Below are positions 1 to 12,877 of a stretch of DNA of 58,371 nucleotides, one piece after another (position 1 is the first letter of the stretch; the number at the start of each line of letters is the position of its first letter). The notes under the pieces are model-generated. The model was not told the DNA's origin. It saw only the letters and a program-made list of their open reading frames with translations, and did no database searches. Source of the stretch: Paecilomyces variotii (taxonomy: Eukaryota). Both the position numbers and the translations under genes were made by a program. The stretch is taken from NCBI GenBank assembly GCA_004022145.1, contig RCNU01000005.1, one strand, 5' to 3'.

Positions 1-376
1 CGAAGACATCCATCGTACCTTCGCAGGGTACAGCATGTGCGTTGTTTCCAGGGTTAGTGTCTCAAAAAGAGAGGTCGTGGACCACCGGCAGAGGTCGAAC
101 ACACAGTAGACCTTCTCCCTCCTTTCGAATCCAGTGCTGCCAGCAATTTATCGAATATTTGACCATCCTTTGTTTTCTTTTCCCGGGCTTTTTCTCTATT
201 TGTTCCTCATGGCATGTGAATGTACATGTATACTAGATACCCACCGTGCGGATAGGCAACTGAAGACGATGATATATTCCCTTTCAAACTTCTTCCGAGC
301 ACTTCTCAAAGTAAGACTGAAACAGAGTAGTTCATTTAGACATATGCAGCAGACTAACCACTTTTACCATGGACTC

Positions 377-2043
377 TTAACCTTGCAATATTGAACTCTG
401 CATGATAGCCATTGAATTCAACCCACAGTCCTTCGCACGCCAGATCTCTTGGAGAGTCTCTCGCGCCCGACGAAAATGTCGCATCTGGAAATGCTTTTCC
501 AGCCCATACAGTACTCTAACCGCCGACTCTCGCTCCAGCACGTGCTTGCTCATCAGGTCCGGCGCAATAATACTGATCGGCCAGAGAAGGATATTTCCCA
601 CTGGAGAATGAGCCGGTAGGAGATTCAGCAGCCGGATCGCGTGACGGTGATAGTGGAAAGGATCGTTATCTTCTTGTATGGAATCTGGGAATCGCTCATT
701 CTCAAAGCCGATCATGTGGCCATAGTGGATGATGGCGGCCGCTCGGTAAATCTCTGCAGCGATATCGTAATCTGAGGATTTCGAAGACTCCATTCCTGGC
801 GATATTCCGCTAGATTTCTCTAGACAATGACTAGGAAACCAGTTCAGGTTCCCGTCCCAGTTGCTGATATGGGATAATGTGACTGATTGGTCACCGATGT
901 TGATCCGTGCGATTAGACTTGGATAGTAATATTGATCGCTATACATTTCATCATTTGATAGTGTTGCCGTCGATGCTGAAGTGTTAGTCATATCGATATA
1001 AAACCACGATAATGTCCTCATCCGCAGCGACGTCGAAGCCACAAGGTCATTATACGCAAACATATGAAGTAGGAACCGATAATGCTCACTGCTCCGGCAC
1101 TGGGGAGGAAATATCCTATCTGCGTTATTGAATATGTGACTGATAAAGTCAAGATGCGGCTTCCAGTTCTGGTGATCTTCCCCGGAGAGCTTTTCATAGA
1201 TCAGCATGATTGTGACGCATGTCACTAGACATAGTAAGTCTGCACTTGCTGTGGGGTTGAGAGCTTGCGGGCTGGAGATTCCATTGTGGATGTTGCTTAA
1301 TGTCTTTCGGCAGATTTCGATCGTACGTTGTTTTGCGCGGAGTGTTTCTTGTTGGAGATGGTCCCATTCATCGCCCCATGTTTGGGCACCACTGAGGGCA
1401 AGTAGAGCTGTCAAGATAGTTTCGCTAGCGAAGGCCATTGGAAGAAGGATGGAAAGGAATGGATTGGATGGTGTTTGGCAGCTGGGGTAGATTCTGGAGA
1501 AGCGGTTTATGTATCGGTCGAAAAGAAGTGCTTGTTTTGGGTTGAGATGTCGAGGATTGATTCGAAGGGATTCATGAAGAGGGAAAGTGATTTGATTCAA
1601 TGGTGTCTCGTCGAATATAGAGTCGATATCATCGTGAGGAATCTCGCTGATTGAGCCAGGACCGTTCCCAGATTGACCTCTACCCTGAGCTTCAAACCCC
1701 TGAGACGTCCGCAAATGTGTTATCGGAAGAGCACTATGTTGAGAACCAACTTGTTCATTATTCCCTTTCGGACCCCGTCTCTTCATACCTATGCGTCGTC
1801 GATCATCTTCCCAGACGATCTCGGCTGTGTATCCAGCACATGAGAGACCGAGCCTATCGCAGTTGTGGCAGGCTGGGACTCTCCCATCGCATTTCTTCTT
1901 CCTATATCAAGGCATCATGTCAAGATCATAGGACGACAAATATTTGAATTGCAACTATATGGGAGTCCTAGTCAGGGATACCTCTTTCTGCATGTCCAGC
2001 ATCCATCTCGTGTACGTCGAGTTGCTAATGCCTTTGATGTCAT
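377..2043 (-). CDS. Zn2Cys6 transcription factor with C-terminal fungal-specific TF (Fungal_trans_2/DUF3468-like) domain
   Basis: Exon 1 2043-1982 (MTSKALATRRTRDGCWTCRKR), GT-AG intron 1981-1902, exon 2 joins ORF 377..1786. The spliced motif is [28 protein letters not shown]. C-terminal NPFLSILLP..WKPHL..LLWP motifs. Confidence 0.9.
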
Positions 2044-2846
2044 AGTTGACAAGGGATTTTCGTGTTTCTGCTCATCTTTTGCGAGGAGAGAGACCCTCTC
2101 ATGAGGAGGGATCGAGGGAAATATTATTCGTCGCGCTTTAGTTATTGGCTGTCAATCTATCTAGTGCGAATTTTCGACTCTGGTATAAAGCAGTGAGGAG
2201 ATCATCGAACAGATAGTTGAGTAAGTAAGAGCTGCGATAGCGATCTCAACCATTGACGACCACCTCAACAGGCGTAATTGGCACTTTTCTGGGGATATTG
2301 AAAAGAAATAGACTTGCTGGGTTCATCATTCTACAATAGTTGGATGAAGACAAAAAGGACAGGGATTGTTTCCCGCTCATTAAGTATTGTGTTATCTTGG
2401 GCGGGGTTCTGGCCTTCTGGTATCTGTTTGGCGGTTCGTATTACCGTTTTGGGTATGGATTGACAACCAACTATATGAATCATTCTGGAATACCGGCCTC
2501 TCAGAATTCAAACGTCTATCTATAATTGTAACAGGATAGATCTTGTGATGCACGCCTCATGCTGTTGATTCTTGTGATTTGGATGTGTTGGGTTAGGTGC
2601 CTGCTTTGGCGGTTCGAATAACCGGTTCGAGTAACTGAAGGTCCAGGAACGTGACCTGGCGTTGATGGCTGATCCGATCTGCTTGAACAATATAGTCGTT
2701 TTGAAACTATATATTGAGGTGACTCTGTCCTCATTGTTGAATACTGTGTCCCATTTCATATAAAACCGATCAAGTCTTGAACCAGATTCAGTATCTACTG
2801 CCTCTCTATACCCCAACACAATCAAGCGCAAGGGACACTCTTCAAC

Positions 2847-4050
2847 ATGGCTCCAGCAATCCTCGAAGACCATAATAGCACCACACAAATTTACGAGTCT
2901 ATCCCTGCTGCTAGCGTTATCAAATCCTCATCAGACTCTTTCAACCCGGACAAACACCTCGCGTACCAGCCTCCCGCGAGGACTCACACACTCAAAGACT
3001 TGCACCTCGATGAATCCCCCATTTCCCCCATCGCCTCGACAGACCCATTTCCCTTCCTATCAGCGGAGGGTGTTCATGCCTTCCGCCGCGAAATCTTCTC
3101 CTCGGACGTTCTGGCCAACTGCATGTATTATACGCGTCCTGGATCTGTTCAGATACGCGGCATGGCGCCACGATACGCTCCATTCACGTATGCGTTTTGG
3201 ACATCACCCGAGGTTTTGGCAATTGTGAGCAGCCTCGCGGGCGTGGACCTAGTGCCTGTCATGGACCACGAGATTGCGCATACTAATGTGCAGTTGGGTC
3301 CGAAAGGAGTGGATGGTGTCAAAGATACGCCAGTTGAGCCGCCAGAGGCTCCTCCTCAAGTGACTGGAAATCACACTCACATGCCAGAGGCCAAGAAAGC
3401 AGAGGCATTGGTACCGTGGCATCGAGACTCTCATCCATTTGTCTGCGTGGTTATGCTCTCCGATGCGAGGTATATGATAGATGGGGAGACGGAACTTCGG
3501 AAGGGCGATGGCACCACGATTAAGGTGAAATCACCAGGAATCGTATGTGATTTATGATAATCCTATAAGTTTGAGGAATAGTTCACTGACGCGAAAAAAA
3601 CAAATCCTTCAGGGCGGAGCCGTTGTCCTCCAGGGCCGCCATGTCAGCCACCTTGCGATTCCTGCGGCCAATATGCCGGAGCGTATCACGATGGTCACAT
3701 CGTTCCGGCCGCGCTCGCCTTTGCTCTTAGATGACTCGACTTGCATGAACGTACGTAACAAGTCGTGTCTTTCCGAGATGTACTACCAGTGGACCGAATA
3801 CCGCCTGCGCCTGCTTAGTGAGCGGTTCCAGCATGAGGCAGACCAGCTAAGGACGCGGTATGCGGATGCGGTACGCAGGACTGACCCCGAGGGATTTCCG
3901 GGGCATTGTCTTGAGGAAACAGTTGATTTGCAGTATATGAAGACTTGGATGGAGGAGCAGATGCGGTATATGCGCCAGACGCTCTTTGAAATGCGGCCCG
4001 TAACGGCAGATGATAACGTGCTAAAAGATACACTTGAGAGAGGGGATTGA
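2847..4050 (+). CDS. Putative 2-oxoglutarate/Fe(II)-dependent oxygenase-like protein (377 aa)
   Basis: Exons 2847-3542 and 3613-4050 are joined in frame by GT-AG intron 3543-3612. HxD motif (WHRDSHPF), distal His (HVSHLA) and R-x-T/S strand (RITMVTSF). Confidence 0.75.
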
Positions 4051-4315
4051 TTGACTTAAGTCATAGGATGTAGGGTAACTACAAATTCTATCCAGAGGCC
4101 TGCCACTCCCATTTCTTTATGCTGGTGGTTTTTTTTTTTTTTTTTTTTTTCCAATAACTATTTTCAGTACCTCGAAAGTAGCAGAAGCATCTCATAACGA
4201 TGGCACAAATCATATTCTTCGTTAAACATAAGAAATATAAAGGAGCGAATAGCCATGGCGAGTAGCATCTAAGTACATAATCCAACTCATACGATAACCC
4301 CGCAGGCATAGCCCA

Positions 4316-6181
4316 TCAATGCTGCTTCTGCATCTCTTTCTTCACCTCTGGAAATTCCACCTCGGCGATTATCCGATTCTTACTCTTCTCACCCGCAATA
4401 GGCGGAGGAAGGTATTCATTCCGTCCTGCCTTATGGACGCGGCCGTTGATAAGAATGATGTTCAACTTCGAGTGGTCCTGGAGGACTTCGATCTCCTGGA
4501 GCGGATTACCGTCCACAAGGATACAGTCAGCATAATAGCCGGGCTTGATCTGCCCGAGTTCGTGCTCCCGCATGAAGAGCTTAGCGATGCCGGCGGTGGC
4601 AGCAATGATGGCTTCGTGGGCTGTGAAGCCGAGGAGGTTCTTGAAGTGCGCGAGGTCGCGCGCGTAGGTGCCATGAGGAGTCCAAGCGTAGCCGTAGTCA
4701 CTTTTGATAGACGTTAGTATACAAGAGAGTGTATTTCATTATGTAGACATATATCACGAGAAAACGGGCTTGGGCGGAGTTGTATGTGCTTACCCTCCTG
4801 GCAAAACGACGATTCCTCGCCGATGCATTTCGCGTAGACCCAATACGGCTGCATCGAGTTCTCTTTTGTATCCTGCCTTCTCTGCTTTGGATTTTGGATA
4901 TCCATACGCTTCAGCATCTTCCACAGTGCCGACCAACCAGTTGAGCGCGGGGACAACCACGTGCTTATGCTTCTTCTCCTCTAGCATGTCCATTCCTGTG
5001 TAATAAGTTAGCCGACAATGCCTGCTGCATCTCTGAAGAGATCCACAAAAGATATCAAGTGAGCAGACACTGACCTTCATCATCGACATAGGAAGCATGG
5101 AATATCACATCCACACCATGTTCAACACACATCGTCACCGAGTCTCGCGCGCGCGCATGCGCACAGAGCATACGACCATGTTTGTGAGCCTCGTCCACGC
5201 ACGCCGCTGTTTCCTCGTCAGTGTAGAAGCACTCCTGGGCAGATCGTGATTCCATGATCTAGTAGGGATCGGTCATACGTTAGCTTGGTTACTTTGATAA
5301 TAGTGTGTGATAGGAGAGTAGGGCGGAGAACAGACCTCTTCCCCGGACATGCTTAGCTTGATCTGATCGACTCCAATGTCGACGTGATGTCTGATGACCT
5401 CTCTCATCTCGAGTGGACCATCTGCAAATGCAGTTGTGCTAGCAACAAGTTCTCCGTCGCGACGTGCCATTTCCTTCCCGTTGGCAAGGTATCGTGGGCC
5501 AGGAAGATTTCCCGCGTTGATGGCATCTCGGATAACGACATCGAGTTTCTCCTTGGCGGACGCGGCTCCCCAACATCTAAAATGAATATCCAGTCAAAAA
5601 AACTAGTTCTCAAATACTGAAAGGCACGTCTAGAAGTACTCACAAGGTATATCCTGAATCTAGGAAGGACTGAGCACTCTTTGCTGTCAGGAGTGTGTGC
5701 TCTTCGACACCCAGCTCCCCCATACGATCGATATCTCCTCCATTCAAGGAGAGATGAGTATGGGCGTCTCCTAGCCCAGACATCAGGGCCCTGCCATGGC
5801 CATAGAACTTCATCACTTTCGCGTCCTCCATCAATTTTTCTTTGTTGGGTACATCTCCCACGGCGGAGAAGCGCTCCCCTTTACCGCCACCGTTAGTAGA
5901 ATTCATAATCAAAAACGGAGACGACACCAAATACCTTCAATGTATACATCTCCACGGTAGGGCTCTTTTCCCGTCGAATCGATGATCTCAACATCGAGAA
6001 TCAGAATCTTCGAGTCGGGATTGGTACCCCGGATCTGATACTCCTTCGGTTTGACTCCCTTATCGAAGTTGAGTTCTTCAATATACTTCACGTTTCTCGG
6101 GGGCCCATCATATCTCTCAAGTTTCGAGGCAGATTCTGCCCACGAGACATTCTTTGGGTCATAGAGAAGTCCTGGCGACAT
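4316..6181 (-). CDS. Metal-dependent amidohydrolase (Amidohydro_1, Xaa-Pro dipeptidase-like subgroup), multi-exon
   Basis: Consecutive exon ORFs give metal-ligand motifs DAHTHL, DQIKLSMSG, CAHAR, IFHASY and GGDYG, plus C-terminal GQIKPGYYADCILVDGNP. Confidence 0.88.
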
Positions 6182-7925
6182 GGTTCTTTCTTTTTATATC
6201 TCTTCGAGCTTCAATGCTTTGGTATGGGAAACGAAATACTCGAGGACAATCGAGCAATCTTTCCCTCAATATATACCCTTAGAACCATGTGGAGTATCAG
6301 CTATGAGAACTACCACGTATACAATTCTAAAAAATGCAAGCCCCTCCATACTTTCCGATGGCCCCTCATTTTCTCGACGTGGATGATTGTTAATTCAGAC
6401 ATGATCATTCAGAGTGTCCTTGGCCAATAACTGCTAGAAGATAAGACGAGGGTGTTCATGCGAATGGCCTATCCCTGTAACTGCATAAAACGTTTAGGAT
6501 CCCCCAAACCCCTCAAGGATTGTCTGCTGATCTGACGGAGGTATATTCCAGCCGGGGCTTTGTGGAGATGAACATTGACCGAGCGAAGACGGAGTAGGCC
6601 GGTCATTGTGGAGGTTCTGCTTACTTTACAGCATAGCTCCTTCATTCCTTGGACAATATGCCATCTGTCGATGTGTTGTAAATGATGTTAGGCATCATGG
6701 ATGGTAGGGTCAATTCGTGATTCGGTTACGCGGTACGTCCTCTTGTCACTCCACTTCCTTCCAGGTGGCCTAATGCCTTTCTTTTCGATGGAATATACGC
6801 ATTGTGAATGACAGCGTGTTCCTCAATGACACTCTTTCACGATGACTCAAAGATCCGATTGAGTTGTTGAGACGCGAATTGGGCTTCTTGCATCTGACAC
6901 TAGTGCATGCTCAGCATCGCAGCATACTGTATACCCTTGTCATATATGCCGCGTATTAGCTTTTCAGCTACAGAAAACCCGATTTGTCTTCTCTCCTACT
7001 TCGAGGAAAAGACGTCTGCCAGCAAACGCGGTTGAAGGATTCTGAATTGTCCATACTCCTATCCTATCTGCAATGGGCTGGTTAAAGCTTTCTCGCAGAC
7101 AATAACCTGTCTGTGAGCAGAAGGAACCATGTCACATCCATGTATGGGCCAAAATGATGACGATGATGATCGTAGTCCAAGCTACGATCGAACAAATCGA
7201 ATTCTTTTGAATAAACAATCAAGCGCCAAACTCCGACTGGAAGGTTCCCTCAACGACCAACTCATTCTTTCCCGAGTGCTGATCCTCCATTGATACCTGC
7301 ATCAGAAGTGCTCTCCAATCCGATGACTCAAGTTCGATCTCAGAACAAGATCTCAGGCTTGTCGTCGATGGGATAGTCTACTATTTCGCTGATATCGCGC
7401 ACCGGCAGGGAGGAGCTCATCAAGGTCAAGATTATTCGTTGCAATTCTGGCGTTCCCACGGGGAAAAGCAGATGCAGAGTGATGGGCTAGCACTAAGAAT
7501 AGATCACACGGGGGAATCAGGAATCGCTTACAGGAGCGACGGAGATATGTCGGTTTGAGGATCCCAGGCGCAATGGATGATGATGATGAGTGGTAACCTT
7601 TTCTTTGGCTGCGATGTACATACTTTCTTTCATCCATTATGGGAGTCATGCTCATATCGCTAGTGAACAATGCAAGACATGTAGTTGTATAACGGGCCGC
7701 ATCATATCTGATAAGATCATGCAAAATCACGCATGCAAAACAAGCGAATCGGATCGTCCAAAACTTTATGCTGCATACTTAGACTGCTAACTCCACTATC
7801 GCGGATCCGCAGTATACTGATGAGCGCGACAGTTGTTTATCATAGTGTCGGCGCCGTTCAGGCTCGTCTCAGTGCCTTATTGGTTTCATAAGACTTTTGA
7901 TGACGAACAACCAGTGGATTCTTAC

Positions 7926-10074
7926 TTATGAAGCGACCAGTCCATCTCCCGAAAGGAAGTCCCATCCATCCCAAGATATTGCGGCTGGGCTGAGCCAATT
8001 TTGTGGTTGCAGTTGGGAGAACATCATTTCGATGTGGCAACTTGCCATTGGTGACTCGGACTCATTGTATGCGACAGAACGATCAGTTCCGCCCGAGACG
8101 TATGTAGTGTTTTCTGCGACTTGACAACGACGACTATTTGCAACGTCACTAGAGAACAAAAAAGAGAAATTAGCATTGGAAGCAGCTCTATGATACTAAA
8201 TGCACTCACATGAGGTTCTGGAGTATAGTGACTGCTTTTTCGCAGACGCTGCTACGGTGGGACAGAGCTGCGAAGAGATCCAGAGAATTCGAAAGCAAGC
8301 CCTTTATCTCGTCATATTCATTTTGATTATCGGGTTCCATCAGGACAGCTGCAAGACTGACAGCTGCATGAAATGCGTAGAAGCTTCCCAACCCGCTGGT
8401 GTACCATTTATAAGGAGCGAAAACAGGGCATTCGGATAGATTTCTGTAGATTGCTAATAAGCTCTTGGCGGATTCGACGCATCTGTCTTTGGATCTCCAC
8501 GCAGCCTGAGAGCGATCTCCCTGAAAATATCGGGTGAAGTTAGGACGGTGTATAAGCAGTCGCAACTGATGAGTGTAGCCCTGAATGATATTGTAATTCG
8601 CCATATGATGACCAGGTAGATGGCTGCGATTATTGTCGGACCTGTACCTGGATGTGCACATGGCTTGGATGGAAGCAACTTCATTCTCCAGCTGTGTTAA
8701 GGTAGTAGGTGACCCGTCTGGACGGCTTAATAGAGTCTCCGATATCTTAGCAGAAATTTCATAGAGACGAAACTTGAGTAAGATATATGTCATTTGGGTA
8801 GGTCCTCCCTGGCTTCCTTTGTTAGAGGCCGTCATTAAGTCCACATCGTCGACATCGGATGGGGGCTTGGTATCCTGCGAAAAGGGCCTATGACCGAAGG
8901 AACCAAGAGCCGTATTTTGGATAGTGTATATCATCATTAAAGCAGCCCATGCGCGTCTTCGTTGTTCACATTCCAAGATGCTCAGATTGAATCTCCCTGG
9001 GTCTATGTGATACCCCATGGCTATCGCTACATGATGAGTAAAGCCCAAAAGAGTCCACGTAGGTATGTTCATGTGGCTCCGAGCATATAAAGTTAGCACA
9101 AGGGCCTGCAGAGAGCTCATAGAATGGCGTGTCATTACTCCATCTGCAGCAAGGCATTTCATAGCAGCAGATCTGTAGCGCGACGAGACAACTCTGATAT
9201 TTAGGTTAATCGACTTCTCATGTCCCAAGTCTGAGAGTATAGGATCGTCATCGTCAAGAGCGGTCACGGCAATTCCCAATATTATGAATAGTAGAGCCAG
9301 CCATCCCAACGAAACGGAATCCGCATCGTTGTGGAATCTCTCATATTCCTCTTCGAAAGTTGGATCGTGTAATATGTGAAACAGCTATTGTGGTCTGTCA
9401 GCGTTGATGTCATCCTTTGGAATTAAACAGATATGTTGGCCGCGCACCGGAGAAAAGACCTTGAAATAGATGCCCTTCAAGTAAGCACAATATTTCCTGG
9501 GCGGAAGCAGAGCCAGAAGTTCCGCTTTGGTGATGCGTCCGCAACCATTGAATGGAAGTCCAGCATCCTCATCATGGGGTACGTCGCTCAATCCCTCGAA
9601 GTGGTTACCAGCGTCGTCTCTGTGCAGAACTGGATTCCACTGAGAGGGCAGAGGTACAAAGCGGACATGACCCAATGAAGAGAACTGCAAAAAACCGAAG
9701 TTTCCTGGATCGGACGGCGCTAAATCCGTGGATATATGATCAGAATCTTGGTCTGGCGTTGAATTGCTGTTCATTGTGACAGGCGGTGAAACGGGATTCT
9801 GATTCTGCGGCGATAGCTGTGTAGCCGTTTGCCTATCGAGTAAGTCTTCCAGCTTTTGGATTCTCCTGAGAAGCTCTCTTTGCACACTGGACTCTGTCTG
9901 AGGTTCATTGTCTTGTAGCAGTCTGGATTGGCCGAGATAAACGCAATCCCCAGCACGGAGACCGCGCCGCAGGCACGTCTGGCACGGGCGGCGATCTCGA
10001 GTACACTTGATCTTTCTCTTCCGGCATGGCTCGCAGCTAATGGGCAGTCGCTTTCCAACGGGATGCGATGTCAT
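7926..10074 (-). CDS. Zn2Cys6 transcription factor with Fungal_trans (MHR) domain
   Basis: CEPCRKRKIKCTRDRRPCQTCLRRGLRAGDC in exon 1 (10074-9448), intron 9447-9385. Exon 2 has AMGYHIDP and EQRRRAW; the last exon corresponds to ORF 7926..8159. Confidence 0.9.
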
Positions 10075-10228
10075 TTCTGGGAGAAAATACAGAGCATTAG
10101 GCTGCGCCAGTGAGTGGTCTTGGCTTCGAAGGTGCCTTCTCTTTTATTGCTGTCTATAACGACACAGAAAAGAACGTGCTCTTTTATGGACAAGCTAGCT
10201 GAGACAGCAACGCGAATTTACTGGGGCA

Positions 10229-10254
10229 GGAGGAGGAGGAGGAGGAGGAGGAGG
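10229..10254 (+). repeat. (GGA)n microsatellite upstream of the TF gene
   Basis: Run ggaggaggaggaggaggaggaggagg read directly. Confidence 0.85.
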
Positions 10255-10616
10255 AATTTAACTACCTAGGTAGTTAATTGACGAGTATGCCGGTAGTCAT
10301 CCGACGATGGCTAGAATTAGGGGGGAAATCCAAGAATCCGCGCGTATCCTAGTCTACTCCAGAGGACTGTAGATCGCAACGCATCCTGGCCTCTCCTTCC
10401 TCAGAGCTAGGCATAATTAATGGTCCCCATGACATAGTCCACAAAAAAATCGCCTGTAGCTTAGGGCTTAGTTTCAAGCAGAAGGTGTTACTCGATATAA
10501 CATCCTCATTCGAAATCGGCAGATTGTGCCGTCTATTGGTAACCTATCTATGTTCCCTCTCTGTGTTTCACTATCTACATGTCTCTGAGCAGCAGTGAGT
10601 ACACTTAGCCACTTTT

Positions 10617-12485
10617 CTAGATAAACCCCTTGACAGCAGTTGCTACGCCTTGGACATCCTCAAAGACGTGCCAATGGCCGACATTTTCCAGCACCACAGC
10701 CTCGCGACTGTTTGGAATAGTCGACGCATACTTGCTGCAAAGTGCGGGAGGGCTCACTTTGTCCTCGCTGCCAGTCACAATAAGAGTCTCACTGTCTATT
10801 TTATCGAGAGGCAAAGCACTCGTTGCACCGGCAAGAGCAGTGCAGGCCTTGGCATACGCCTCTGGATCCTGTCCAAGTAAGGATAAGCGGATAGCAGCTA
10901 ATCCAACAAGATTTCTAGCCTTTGTTGCCTCTGAAGTACCAGCTGTAGCCACGGCGTCGACAACTGCTGCCATTCCCTTCTCTCTGACGAGTGCAGCGCG
11001 GACGATAGAACCGTTACTAGCTGCTTCTGGAAGAGGGTTTGGTGGTGGTCCCAGCAGGATCAATTTGCTGACAAGGCCGGGATTCTTAAGGACAAAGGAC
11101 AGAGCCACCAGACAGCCCATGGAGTGTGCGACTAAGGTAGCTCCAGATGAGATCCCTGCATGATCAAAGACTCCCTTCACGTCGGCGGCGAAGGAGTCGA
11201 TAGTCAAAGTAGAGAGCGCAGACGTGGGAGAAAGACCATGGCCTTCAAGATCGAACAGATGCAGCGCATGAGACTTGTCCAGAGACAATGCTCCGATCAA
11301 TGGAGTGTAGAAGTCCTGCGTGCCGCCCAAACCATGGACAAATACGATGGGGGAGCCACTTCCCCGTGTCTGATAATACAGCGCTTTTCCGTTTATCTTG
11401 GTCAAGCTGATTCCGTTGACTGACTTTGAAAAGTTCGTAACCGGCACGGCAGACTTGGATGCTTCCTGTACAAGGGCGACTGTTGCATTATCGGTGCCCA
11501 CTGGCGCAATCTTGTTTCGCAGAGAGCCCAGATTGGTTACTTTGATCTCCACTTCATCTCCTGGTTTCAAGAACGTGGGTGGATTTTGTCCGAATCCTAC
11601 ACCGGCGGGCTGTATAGTGCGTCATTAGTATCTGTGTTAACGGTACAGAGCAGGACGTCCTTACAGTCCCTGTTGCGATTACATCTCCGGGCTGAAGGGT
11701 TTGACCTTCAGAGACCGTTCTAATCAAGACAGGTACCGAAAAGATCAGGTCATCGGTGGTTCCATTTTGTCTTTCCTGTCCGTTGACAAATGTCTGTACA
11801 CGAAGGACTTTCGGAAGATGGTTCGCTGGCACTGCGATCGGGCCCTGTAATAAATCTCAGTATGTCACAGAAGCAGCAAGGCATCTCAACCACTACTTAC
11901 GATTGGACAGAAAGTATCTGCAGACTTCCCGATGAAGAATTGCTTGTGGTCTCTTTGCTTCTCTCTGGCGGTAACATCGTTGATGATGGTATAGCCCCAG
12001 ACATGGCTCAAAGCATCTTCTTCCTTGATTCTGTACCCTCCTTTACCCAGGATAACTCCAATTTCTCCTTCATAGTCCAGCGTCTGGGTGAACTCGGGAT
12101 GAGGCAAGATAGGATAGCCATGTGCAATGATCGAAGTGGCCCGCTTCGTGAAAATGACAGGGTGAGTAGGCTGGTCGACTTTGTCTGAGCTGTCGTAACC
12201 GGAGCTGTTGAATTCCTTTGCGTGCTCGGCGTAGTTCTTCCCGACTGCAAGGATATCACGACCGCTGATGGGAGGAAGAAGCTTGACGGAGTCTGCAGGA
12301 AGAGGCTCTCCAATCGCAGTGATGTTCTCTTCACCGGCTTCGATCACCTGGTAAAGGTCTCTCAACGGAGTCCCTGATGCGAAAGAAAGAGGCTGAATGG
12401 TGTTTTCGGCGACATTGAGATGACCAATGCGCGGCGCGTTGCCGCTGCCCACAAAGGCAATGTAGTTCGTCAAAGGTGCGCTCAT
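10617..12485 (-). CDS. Fusion protein: N-terminal fumarylacetoacetate hydrolase (FAH) family domain + C-terminal alpha/beta hydrolase (PcaD/enol-lactonase-like), 585 aa
   Basis: Exons 12485-11901, 11844-11665 and 11609-10617 splice in frame. FAH motifs: VGKNYAEH, FTK, DYEGEIG, NDVTARE, GKSADTFCP, GDVIATGTPAGVG. Hydrolase motifs: HGLGG, AHSMG, GSEDK, GHWH. Confidence 0.9.
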
Positions 12486-12587
12486 GATTCCTAAGACAAT
12501 ATAAAATATCGCTGCCTCTCAAAGAAAGTGAAGTATGGACGCGTCCTTCGACTTTAAATAGTATTTCTTAGCAGAGCCTTAGCCTTC

Positions 12588-12877
12588 ACGGAGTATTTGC
12601 GGAGTGAGATTCGGAGGGGTCTGCCCCTCACGGAGAACTCTCCGCGTGTCAACGTTCGAAGTCGCCATTGACTTGGTCGAGGACAAGAATGGCCGTAGAG
12701 GCGTTAACCCAATCACCGAATTAGTAGGCTATGAATGAGATCGAAAAATGGAGACCAGGGCGTCGTTTGCTGAGCAGGAAGGGGGATTTCCAGCATCCCC
12801 GCTTTGTTGTCCGCGCATCTCCGCCATCTCCGCCATCTCCGTCGTACGCTCCCCAGACTTTCTCCGCGTTCTCCGCG
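12588..12877. promoter_or_regulatory. Cluster of CGGAG/CTCCG elements (candidate Zn2Cys6 or CreA sites) upstream of the FAH-hydrolase gene
   Basis: Repeated CGGAG at about 12588-12635, inverted repeat CGGAGA-AC-TCTCCG at 12631-12644, and tandem CTCCG units at about 12818-12877. Confidence 0.45.

Noticed and set aside
7280-7560. About 90-codon open stretch on the + strand without a start codon, between the amidohydrolase and TF genes
   Set aside because: No ATG, splice support or recognisable motif; it could be a pseudogene fragment but cannot be supported by eye.
10630-11163. Long antisense or alternative-frame ORFs overlapping real genes (also 18546..19244, 27786..28286, 53513..54007 and others)
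   Set aside because: They are shadows of well-supported genes on the other strand or frame and have no recognisable motifs.
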